IMG/VR virus record: IMGVR_UViG_3300025887_000011
Location: 1-64,000 of that record
DNA length: 64,000 nucleotides
Reading direction: 5' to 3' (one strand)
Source: a virus
The notes under the pieces are model-generated. The model worked only from the letters and a program-made list of their open reading frames with translations. It ran no database searches and had not been told where the DNA came from. The stretch's first letter is position 1. The number at the start of each line of letters is the position of its first letter. The translations under genes and the position numbers were made by a program. Below, piece by piece: positions 47,956 through 57,200 of the stretch.

Positions 47956-49626
47956 TTAACCTTCGCAAGATGTACATTCCATGATAGATTGAGCTAAAGC
48001 TTGGCTTGGGTTTGTGCTCCTTTGGTAGTAGAAACCCTTAAGGCCCATTTCCCAACCCAAAATCATAAGATCACTGACTTCCTTTGGGGACGCTTTAGGG
48101 TGAACCATTAGATTGAGAGATTGGCCTTGGTCTATATACTTTTGGCGTTGAGAAGCTTGTATTACAATTTCTTTCTGGGATACTTCTGAAAATGTTTTGA
48201 ATACATCCTTTTCGTGTTCGTCCAGAAAGCTCAAGTGTTGCACTGATCCGTCCTTAACCAAAATTGATTTCCATACGGCTTCTGTGTTTTTACCTTTAGA
48301 TTCAAGGAGTCTCTCTAGATGTGGGCTTCTAATTGTGAATTTTCCTTTTGCTGAATTCTTTGTATAGTAATTAACAGTAGGCTCAATTCCTTGAGATACC
48401 TGACCAAGAATAAGAGAACTCGTTGTAGTGGGAGCGACTGCCATTGTGGTAGTGTTTCTACGCCCATAACCTTTCAATACTTCTGGTTCTCCAAATACTT
48501 TAGCTAGTTCTTCAGTGGCTTTATCTGCTCTTTCTCTGATGGTTCTGAAGATTTCTGCATTTTTCATCTTAGCTTCCATGCTTTCAAAAGAAATCATGTT
48601 GTCTTGTAAATAAGAATGCCAGCCAAGAACACCCATCCCCAAAGCTCTGTGACGCTTTGCAAAGTCGTGATCAGGCTCCATATAAGGAATGTCCTCAGTC
48701 TTATTGATGTATTCCTCCATTACGGAATCAAGAAAGTAAACCATTGTTTCAATAGCATCAGTCTCAACGATCTGGTCCCATCTTTCCAGATTAAGGGAAG
48801 ATAAGCAACAGACAAATGATTCTTCTGGTGATGATGGCAATGCAATCTCATTGCAGAGATTTGAAGCGTAAATCTTCATGTCTTTATCTTTATATACTTG
48901 AGGCGCGTTTTTATTCGCGGTATCTTGGAAAAACAAGTATGGATAACCCGATTCAAACTTTTTCTGCACAATCTTCGCCCAGATCTTTCGCTTATCAATA
49001 TCTCCACCTTTCATGCTCTCCATCCATTCGTCTGTAATAGTAACAGCAAATGATAGGTCTTGAATTGGATGACCGTCAGACCTGATGCGAAGAAACTCTA
49101 CAATGTCTGGATGGTCAACTGGAAGATAGGCAGCAAAAGAACCTCTGCGAACACTGCTCTGAGACACTACAGAAGTAACCTTATCAAATAACTCCATGAA
49201 GTGAACAGATCCAGAAGAGCTTCCTCCTGTGCTAATGGATTTGCCCCTGCCTCTCAATTCACCGAAATAACCAGAAGTTCCAGCTCCATGCTTGGTTTGC
49301 ATACCAACCTCAGACTGTTTTGTTAGAATGCCCTCCATTGTATCTGGAACATAAACGCCATTACATGAAACTGGCAAACCTCTATCTCTTCCGTAGTTAG
49401 CCCAAACAGGGCTAGATAAAGAAAAGAAGCCGAGAGACATATAATGCTCAAACTTCTCGCATAAGTTAGAAAAACTACCCTTATGTTCCGCAGGGGCGCG
49501 AGATACGAAATCTTTCTGAAAAGCCTCGCCTACACTTAATACTCTATCAATCAAACTTTCGCCATCAAGATATCCTCTGTTTAAGATTTGCTTCGAAGTT
49601 TCGTTGTTCCAATAATATTTTTTCAT
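47956..49626 (-). CDS. nrdA: Ribonucleotide reductase alpha subunit (no ATP cone)
   Basis: PVSC, RRGS, SNLCNEI, APTTTSS, YYQR, C-terminal CTSCEG. Confidence 0.95.
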   Translation of the reverse strand: MKKYYWNNETSKQILNRGYLDGESLIDRVLSVGEAFQKDFVSRAPAEHKGSFSNLCEKFEHYMSLGFFSLSSPVWANYGRDRGLPVSCNGVYVPDTMEGILTKQSEVGMQTKHGAGTSGYFGELRGRGKSISTGGSSSGSVHFMELFDKVTSVVSQSSVRRGSFAAYLPVDHPDIVEFLRIRSDGHPIQDLSFAVTITDEWMESMKGGDIDKRKIWAKIVQKKFESGYPYLFFQDTANKNAPQVYKDKDMKIYASNLCNEIALPSSPEESFVCCLSSLNLERWDQIVETDAIETMVYFLDSVMEEYINKTEDIPYMEPDHDFAKRHRALGMGVLGWHSYLQDNMISFESMEAKMKNAEIFRTIRERADKATEELAKVFGEPEVLKGYGRRNTTTMAVAPTTTSSLILGQVSQGIEPTVNYYTKNSAKGKFTIRSPHLERLLESKGKNTEAVWKSILVKDGSVQHLSFLDEHEKDVFKTFSEVSQKEIVIQASQRQKYIDQGQSLNLMVHPKASPKEVSDLMILGWEMGLKGFYYQRSTNPSQALAQSIMECTSCEG

Positions 49627-50600
49627 GCAAATACGCTCTCTAGATCAAATGTTTGTGATTTTTTTGAATACTCCACGGGGCGGGAGTGAAAGAAGTCTGT
49701 GGAATTATTCCCCATCAACTCCTCTTCGAACCACATTGTATCTTTTATCAAGGTATTGTCAACATCAAATGACTTTTTAAATGAAATTTGTTCAAGGGAG
49801 TCATTGATTCTTTCTTTTATAAATTCTTTAAGTAGCGGAGCGCTAAGACCTTTTTCGTTTATACCATTCACCATCCAATCAATAATTTTAGCTTCTGCAA
49901 TATAAGCCTGTTCAGCCTCTTGCCTGATACGCTCTTCAAGCTCCTCGTCGAAAAGCTCTGGATGCTCTTCTCTGATTGTATTTATAATTTTAATACCTAC
50001 TTGAGCATGTATGTTTTCTTCATTTCTTGTATACCTAACTTGCTGCTCTGTATCCTTAAGAACATTTTTATTTCTGGAGAACCAGTTAATAATGTAAAAC
50101 TGACTCATCAATGATACGTTCTCAACAAACAGAGTAAACAGAATCAATGAATATACATATTGCTTCTTAGAATCCTTGTAATACCTATGGTTATATTTAC
50201 GCAAATAATTAACCCTACCTTCAATAAAATCCAATTTCAGGTTTTCTTCGAAAACGTCCTCTAAACCAAGGACCTTAAGAAGCCTTTCGTATGCATTATT
50301 ATGAACGACTTCAACGTTTGCCATTACATAACCAAGGTCTGTTAACGAAGGGTGAGGTAGGTTATCTCCGAGTTTGGCCCAAAACTTTTTAACAGCCACC
50401 TCAATTTGTCCGATTGCAGATAAAGTTCTAATGATGATCTCTCTTTGTTGATCGTCCATTGTAATATTAAAATCTTGAATGTCAGAAGAAAAACTAAATT
50501 CCTTATCCGTCCAAAAGCCATTATGCATGACTTCAATGAATTCTTCTGCCCATGGATAATGATTAGGTTTTCTTGATATCTGCTCGTCGAATATACTCAT
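49623..50600 (-). CDS. nrdB: Ribonucleotide reductase beta subunit, class Id-like
   Basis: QIEVAVK.FW, EVVHNNAY, ENVSL.SQF, EENIH, DFF.RPVEY. Confidence 0.93.
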   Translation of the reverse strand: MSIFDEQISRKPNHYPWAEEFIEVMHNGFWTDKEFSFSSDIQDFNITMDDQQREIIIRTLSAIGQIEVAVKKFWAKLGDNLPHPSLTDLGYVMANVEVVHNNAYERLLKVLGLEDVFEENLKLDFIEGRVNYLRKYNHRYYKDSKKQYVYSLILFTLFVENVSLMSQFYIINWFSRNKNVLKDTEQQVRYTRNEENIHAQVGIKIINTIREEHPELFDEELEERIRQEAEQAYIAEAKIIDWMVNGINEKGLSAPLLKEFIKERINDSLEQISFKKSFDVDNTLIKDTMWFEEELMGNNSTDFFHSRPVEYSKKSQTFDLESVFA

Positions 50601-51049
50601 TTTGTTGTTTTTTTTGGTTTGTTTTGGTTTCTATTGCTGGCGAGACTCGCTCAAAAGCTCCTAATGCCTCCCGCTGATTTAATTTACACTGTAGTTATAT
50701 TTTGGTCACAGTCAACTATGAAATATAGTTAATTTTTTGACTTGAAAAAAAAGTTGAAAAAAGTTGTAGAAAAAATTGCTGACAAGTTTTATAATCAGTA
50801 GATATCGAACAGCGAAAAAGAAAGCGTCGAAGTCAACGATATAGATAACTTAATCACTGAACAACTCAATAAAGGTCTCGTTAAGCATATGCTTTACGTA
50901 ATTTATTTAAAAACAAGTTTTAAATAAATAACAACAAAAAGGAGGAGTTTTAAAAAAAATACGTAATTTTCTAATTTTAAAGAAAAAGAGCAAAAGAAAC
51001 TTTATCTTTTTTTGTTGACAACTTTAATAAAAAGAATATAATAGCCTGC
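50601..51049. other. 449-bp AT-rich divergent intergenic control region (promoters, palindromes, possible origin)
   Basis: Largest non-coding stretch in the window; AAGCATATGCTT at 50883-50894; 11-bp inverted repeat at 50902-50928. Confidence 0.5.
51015..51042 (+). promoter_or_regulatory. Consensus sigma70 promoter
   Basis: TTGACA-16 nt-TATAAT, 7 nt before the ATG at 51050. Confidence 0.8.
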
Positions 51050-51649
51050 ATGAGTAAAAACTCTACAAATAGATTTAAACACAAAATCATAGGAATCTCT
51101 GGTAATGCTAGATCAGGTAAGGACACCTTGGGCCGAAACATGGTTTCTATTCTTTCGGATTCAGGTATAAAAGCAAAAACCTTTTCTTTTGCTCACGAAC
51201 TTAAAAAGTCAGTTGATGGTTTTCTTATTGAACAGCTTGGCATATCAGCTTTCACCGAAGACTCTGATGAGAAAAAAATAATCAGACCTTTTCTTGTGAA
51301 TTGGGGTACAGAAATAATGAGAAAGAAAGACTCAGAACATTGGATAAAATCTATAGAGAAAAAACTATCTGAGGATTGTGTTAATATAATTACAGATGTA
51401 AGGTTTGAGAATGAACTAGACTGGGTAAAAGAAAAGGATGGTCTTTCTGTTTTCTTGAGTAGAGAAGGAATATCCCCAGCAAACTCCTACGAGGAAGAAA
51501 ACAACAAACTACTCTCTGAAAATGTTGATTTGAAGTTTTTCATTGGTAACTTTGAAGACGAAAAATTAATTATGTTGACATCTAACGAAATATTAGATAG
51601 ACTAATAAATAACGATATATTTGAATTATGGAAAGCGACCTGTCACTAA
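51050..51649 (+). CDS. Deoxynucleoside monophosphate kinase
   Basis: IGISGNARSGKDT, FA..LK, R..L..WGTE..R, ITDVRFENE. Confidence 0.88.
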   Translation: MSKNSTNRFKHKIIGISGNARSGKDTLGRNMVSILSDSGIKAKTFSFAHELKKSVDGFLIEQLGISAFTEDSDEKKIIRPFLVNWGTEIMRKKDSEHWIKSIEKKLSEDCVNIITDVRFENELDWVKEKDGLSVFLSREGISPANSYEEENNKLLSENVDLKFFIGNFEDEKLIMLTSNEILDRLINNDIFELWKATCH

Positions 51650-52242
51650 TAGATAAAGTTAAGAAAAACAACGATAGTAAATGCTTGACAGAGCTTATAA
51701 ATAGGCATTCTGGGGTATACCAATATGTGATAGATAAGTTTGCTAAATCTCCAAGTAGTGTTTTGGATAAGAGTTTGTTTATAGACGACAAGAACTATGT
51801 CATTTATGAATCTGTTTTAGAATACGACCCCAACAGGAACAGTAAGTTTTCGACTTTTTTAGCAAACAAAGCTAAATGGAAATGTTTGACTGCCTTAAAT
51901 AAACACAAAAAGTTCAAATCTGTTTCTATTGATAATCCAGAATCATCATACAAAAACAGCAAAGAGTTAAATGAAAGCAAAAAATTGCTTAACAATTCGG
52001 GATCTCCATTAGAGTTTATATCTAATATGGAAATTTTTGACTTCTTTTATGACATGCTTAATAAAGAAGACGATAAAAGACTTGAGAAAATTATTGACAT
52101 AAGATACAATACGTATACTAATAAGCTAGCGCCTTGGAGAGAGTCGGCAGAAAAGCTTGATTTAAGCATCCAATGGGTGATAGTCATACACAACAGATTT
52201 ATTAAAAAAGTAAAACAACAATTAGAAAAAGATTATGTATAA
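51628..52242 (+). CDS. Phage sigma70-family sigma factor
   Basis: Region 2 YDPNRNSKFSTF; region 4 IIDIRY...W.E.AEKLDLS. Confidence 0.8.
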   Translation: MESDLSLIDKVKKNNDSKCLTELINRHSGVYQYVIDKFAKSPSSVLDKSLFIDDKNYVIYESVLEYDPNRNSKFSTFLANKAKWKCLTALNKHKKFKSVSIDNPESSYKNSKELNESKKLLNNSGSPLEFISNMEIFDFFYDMLNKEDDKRLEKIIDIRYNTYTNKLAPWRESAEKLDLSIQWVIVIHNRFIKKVKQQLEKDYV

Positions 52243-52615
52243 TACAATAACAGCAGCAGGGTATTTGGTTTCTGATCCAGAAATTAGATCTTTTGGAGAC
52301 AACCAAGTTTGTCATATTCGCATGTGCGCATCATCAGATAGAGCAAAAGAAAAATGCTTTATTGATGTTGAGCTTTGGGGAAAACAAGCAGATATTGCAA
52401 AGCAGTATCTTAGTAAAGGCAGGAGTATCCTTCTTACTGGAGAACTAAAGTTTTCTAGTTGGGAGCATGACGGAAAGAAATATTCTAAGAACTTCATTAG
52501 AGGCAACGAGTTCACCTTCCTTCCGACTGGAGGGAAAAAAGAAGATTCAGAAAATTCTAACCAAGAAAACTCCCAAAGTAAGAGTAATTCTTCAAGCGAA
52601 GAAATTCCTTTTTAA
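52235..52615 (+). CDS. ssb: Single-stranded DNA-binding protein
   Basis: GYLVSDPEIR, FIDVELWGKQA, YLSKG, acidic tail EEIPF. Confidence 0.92.
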   Translation: MYNTITAAGYLVSDPEIRSFGDNQVCHIRMCASSDRAKEKCFIDVELWGKQADIAKQYLSKGRSILLTGELKFSSWEHDGKKYSKNFIRGNEFTFLPTGGKKEDSENSNQENSQSKSNSSSEEIPF

Positions 52616-52618
52616 TTT

Positions 52619-53677
52619 ATGAAAATTCTATTGGAGGCTCCATTAAACAGCTTAAGCTTTGGAAATGTAACACTTAACTTTATTAAAGAGTTACACAAAA
52701 AGGGTCATGATTTTGGTATCTGGCCAGTCAATAACGATATTGATTTGTCAGCTTATGATATAACACCCGATCTAAAATTAAGAATCGAAGAAGCTATAAA
52801 TGAGCGTTACAGCTTTTTATCTTCTGATGTTCCATCTTTAAAGATTTGGCATATTAATGGAGCCGAAAATAGAAAAAATGAAAAGCAATACCTTTATACT
52901 TTTTATGAATGTAGTGAACCTACAGAAGAAGAAAAGGTTACTGTAGAAGCCCAAACACAAACTATTTTTAGTTCTTCTTATTCAGCTAATCAATTTAACA
53001 AGCCATTTGTACCACTTGGTTTTGATTCTGATTTTAACGTAACTAATAAGAATTATCTTAATAACGTTACTCATTTTGGTTTAATGGGTAAGCTAGAAAA
53101 AAGAAAACATACAGTTAAAATAATCAACACTTGGGCAAAAAAATACGGAAACAACCCCAAATACCAATTGTCTTGCTTGATCAATAATGCTTTCTTGGAA
53201 AAAGAAGAAATGTTAAATACTATTAATTTAGCATTAGAAGGAGAAAGATATAACAATATAAACTTTATACCTTTTCTTAAAACCAATAAAGAGGTTAACG
53301 AGTTTTTAAATGCTATAGACATCGATTTGACTGGACTTTCTGGAGGAGAAGGTTGGAATCTACCAGCTTTTAATTCAACATGTTTAGGCAAGTGGAGCAT
53401 TGTCCTTAACTCAACATCTCATAAAGATTGGGCTAATTCACAAAATTCAATCCTTGTAGAACCTGAAGGTAGGTTTGATTGTTATGATAATAAATTTTTC
53501 CAAAAAGGCTCAAAATTTAATCAGGGACAATTCTTTGACTTTAATGTAGAAGAAGTTATTTCAGCTATGGAATTAGCAGAAAGCAAAGTAGGAAATATTA
53601 ATACAGAAGGTTTAAAATTAGCTGAGAAATTCACATACTCTAAGACGGTTGATAGTATTTTGTCACATATTTCTTAG
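52619..53677 (+). CDS. GT4-like glycosyltransferase
   Basis: VPLGFD, GKLEKRK, SGGEGWNLP. Confidence 0.8.
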   Translation: MKILLEAPLNSLSFGNVTLNFIKELHKKGHDFGIWPVNNDIDLSAYDITPDLKLRIEEAINERYSFLSSDVPSLKIWHINGAENRKNEKQYLYTFYECSEPTEEEKVTVEAQTQTIFSSSYSANQFNKPFVPLGFDSDFNVTNKNYLNNVTHFGLMGKLEKRKHTVKIINTWAKKYGNNPKYQLSCLINNAFLEKEEMLNTINLALEGERYNNINFIPFLKTNKEVNEFLNAIDIDLTGLSGGEGWNLPAFNSTCLGKWSIVLNSTSHKDWANSQNSILVEPEGRFDCYDNKFFQKGSKFNQGQFFDFNVEEVISAMELAESKVGNINTEGLKLAEKFTYSKTVDSILSHIS

Positions 53678-53704
53678 CTTTATATATTCTGTGTAATAAA
53701 TATT

Positions 53705-54097
53705 ATGCCAATCTACATTTACAAGCATCCAGCCAAAGAAGAATACACGGAAGTATTGCAGACAATGAGCGAGGATCACATATACTTTGATCCTGATGGG
53801 CTTGAATGGAAAAGAGTGTTCACTGTCCCACATGCATCAATAGACTCTCAAATAGATCCAAGCAATAAGAGGCAGTTCTTAGACGTTACAGAATCAAAAA
53901 AAGGTTCCGTAGGAGATATGATGGATTTTAGTAGGGAATTAAGTGAAAGAAGGACAGATTCAAACGGAGGCATAGACCCTATAAAAGAAAAATATTTCTC
54001 CGATTACTCAAAGAAAAGAAATGGAGCTAAACATTTTGACCAAATAAGGCAAAAGGGACATGATGGAAAACATGTCAAAATGGATTTTAGTGAGTAG
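53705..54097 (+). CDS. FmdB-like protein lacking the Zn cysteines
   Basis: MPIYIY......EV.Q.M.......KRVF. Confidence 0.55.
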   Translation: MPIYIYKHPAKEEYTEVLQTMSEDHIYFDPDGLEWKRVFTVPHASIDSQIDPSNKRQFLDVTESKKGSVGDMMDFSRELSERRTDSNGGIDPIKEKYFSDYSKKRNGAKHFDQIRQKGHDGKHVKMDFSE

Positions 54098-54123
54098 ATC
54101 AACTGATCTTTAAATTACTTACA

Positions 54124-54273
54124 TCACCCTCCTCCTGATGCATACTTTAAAAACCATTCTTTAAGAGCTTCAGACATAGTTGTAGCAAAAACAACTTTGT
54201 TTTCTTCTTTTGTTATTAAATAAGCTACGCAAAGACCATCGTCTATTTTTTTTACGTTAGGTTTATTGTTCAT
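54124..54273 (-). CDS. Small hypothetical protein (49 aa, MNNKPNVKK...)
   Basis: Translated by hand; starts 1 nt after the stop of the 1944-aa gene. Confidence 0.45.
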   Translation of the reverse strand: MNNKPNVKKIDDGLCVAYLITKEENKVVFATTMSEALKEWFLKYASGGG

Positions 54274-54274
54274 T

Positions 54275-57200
54275 TTAATTTCCATCTGTAGAAGGATAAA
54301 GCCTCCAAGGTAATACTGTCAAACCCTGGAATGTTGGACCGTAATTTCCTGTGTATTCATCTGTTACGTATAAATTGCCAGTAGGGCCATTTAAAAAAGC
54401 ATTAGCTCCTATGTTGGGAGAATCAATATCAAGAAAAACATTCCTTATTTTTGAGCAGTTTTCATAAGCAGAAGCACCTATTGACATGTTTAATTCAAAA
54501 TAATTAGCAAAAATAATGTCTCCAGTTATATTAGAACAACCTTTAAATGCATTATCTCCTATTTTAGATAAAGATGGGATATCTTCATAACTAAGTATTT
54601 GAGATATACCGCTACAGTTTCTGAACGCTGCGTTATCTATTACTTCTAAACTAGGACCAAGAGCTAAAAAAGGTCCAACTTGAGAACAACCATCAAAAGC
54701 TTGATTTGCTATTCCAGTGGTGCCAAAACCAAAGGCTAATGATCCAGATAAATTATCTAAACCAGCAAAAGCTCTGGTGCCAATAGAAATCAGACCTTCA
54801 GAAAGCAAACGTAATTGTCCTGAAAATCCAGAACATTCATAAAAAGATTCTTTTCCTATTCTTTGGATGTTTGGTGGTAAAGTTAGTCCTCCATTAAAAC
54901 CAGTACATCTTGAAAAACTATAATCATCTAAATATAGTAGGGTTCCTGGTAGTTCTAGCTTTCCAGTAAAATTATAATCATAGAATCCAGAAACACCAAC
55001 CCCAGTAACTCCTTCTTTAAAAGATAGAGTGCTTTGGCTGTCAAAGTTATATGTTTTATAGAATTCAAAAGAACTTTTTTGCACCGAAGACGAAGGACAG
55101 GAAGCTAATACAAGGCCAGTAAAATAAGATTGGTCAAATACATTTATCCCGACATCTGTAGATGGGCTCATTTGCAAAAACCCACTAAAAGGACTATCTT
55201 GAAAAGCTGAATTTTCGATCTTTTGGACAGAACAACCTATTTTAGCGCTTCCCGATAATCCAGTACAACCTTTAAACGCAGCAAAACCAATGCCAGTGAC
55301 TGAATTAGGAATGTTAATAGATCCTGTTAAGTTATATCCAGAAAAAGCATATTCATGCAAACCCGAAGCATTATTATTAATTATTAAGTTTAGATTAATA
55401 TCTTTAAACTCTTCATAGAATCCAGACTTAATCTCTGTTAATGATGAAGCTGTAAATAATCTTCCACCTTCAATATTTATTCCTGAAAAATTTGTTCCAT
55501 AAAAAACATTTCTTCCTATTGATGTTCCGTCTTCTATATTCAATAACCCTGAAAGGCCAGAACAACCAGAAAATGCGAAGTTTCCTATTTTATTTAAATT
55601 GTCGCTAAATGTCAATCCTCCAGTTAAAGGCCAATTATCAAAAGATCTTGAATTTATGTTTTTAACGCTTTCAGGGAAACTAACAGAACTAGAGTTGCTA
55701 TTTGATAAATAGTAGTCAAATTCATTGTTGCTTATGTTTTTAACCCCTTGAGACACTTTAAGGTTTGTAAAATCACATCCAGTAAAAGCTAATGGATGTA
55801 TCAAACCGCTTCCAGATTGAGGCTCTAAACCTCCCTCCCATATTGCTGGGAAAGTTGTTAAAGTTTTTGCGTTTGAACAATTTCTAAAAGCTCCGCTTTC
55901 TATAGCGGAATCTCCAGAACCATAAATGAATTGAGCTCTTGATAAAGATATTTCTGAGAAACCACTACAATCATCAAATGCTAAACTTCTTATGCCAGTT
56001 AAGGATGTAGGTAAATCTAATTTACCAGTAAATTGCATTCCTGCAAAAGATCTTTTGTTAATTTGTTCGACCTTTGAAGGAGCTTTGAATGTTAAAATAC
56101 TTTGCTCTGCATAATTAGAAGTTGTTTTTGTGTGTATATCTAACCCGTACCAACCGTATCCGAAATAACTAGTATTTGCATTCCGACCTGTAACAGAGTA
56201 AATAACATTTGGAACTTCTAAGTTTTTAAAATCGTTGTTTTTAAAAGAGTCAGGACTATTAATAAATCTACTGGACTGACCATCCCTGCTTAAATATTGA
56301 TATGAAGGCGGAACAGTTAATTTCCCATCAAAAGCATTTAAATCAAAAGCTAGATTAGAAATGGTTGAAATCCCTGTAGAGTTTAATTCTAGATCTCCAG
56401 TTAAATTACAAAATCGAAACCCCTGACTCCCTACTGACTGCAGATTTTTGCTAAAAAATATTTTTTTCTGTTGTAAACTAGCGCCTCCAAATACACTTGT
56501 CGAAGCAGTCTTTAATTTAGGAAAGTGAAAATCATTTTGAATATCGTAACCTTTAATAAAACCACCTCTGAATGCAAGAGATCCAAGATTTTCCAGGTTG
56601 TTATCGACAGGAAAAGTAAATTTCCCTTTTGGTGATTTATCTTGGTTATAATCCATTCCAAAAGCACTACTCCCAATGCTGCGTACACTCGCTGGTAGAT
56701 AAAAGTCTCCAGTCATATAAGATAGATAGAACCTCGAGGTTATACTTGAGGTCGCGTAAAAAGCCAGATCCTCTATAGTTACAAGACCTTCATTAAGTTT
56801 TAAAGTATGAATTCCTGTTGTCGGGCTGGCATTACTTGTAGATCTGAAAGACTGGTTAAAAGCATAAGGTTCTATACCAGTTATATTGGATGGTATTTCT
56901 AAAACTCCAGTTATGTAGTTATTAGCAAATCCATAAGTTGGGATTATTTGTAAACCAGTTCCAATTTCTAGGCTTCTAATATTATTATCTCTAAACCCAC
57001 TTCCCCCCATAAATACTAATGAATCTGGTATTTTAAGTTCTCCAGTTATAGCCCATCTATAACATGATGCATTAGCTACATTTTTAACGCCCTCTTCTAT
57101 ATTTACATATGGGAACGGCTTAGTAGTTTGTGATAGGCGTCTTCTAAACCATTGATAGTCATTTGTTCCATCAAAAGTTAACGTACAAGATTTTACTGTT

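Noticed and set aside
30487-50600. Inteins or introns in dnaE, dnaB, recA or nrdAB
   Set aside because: Protein lengths are compact, with no splice-junction motifs or homing endonuclease inserts.
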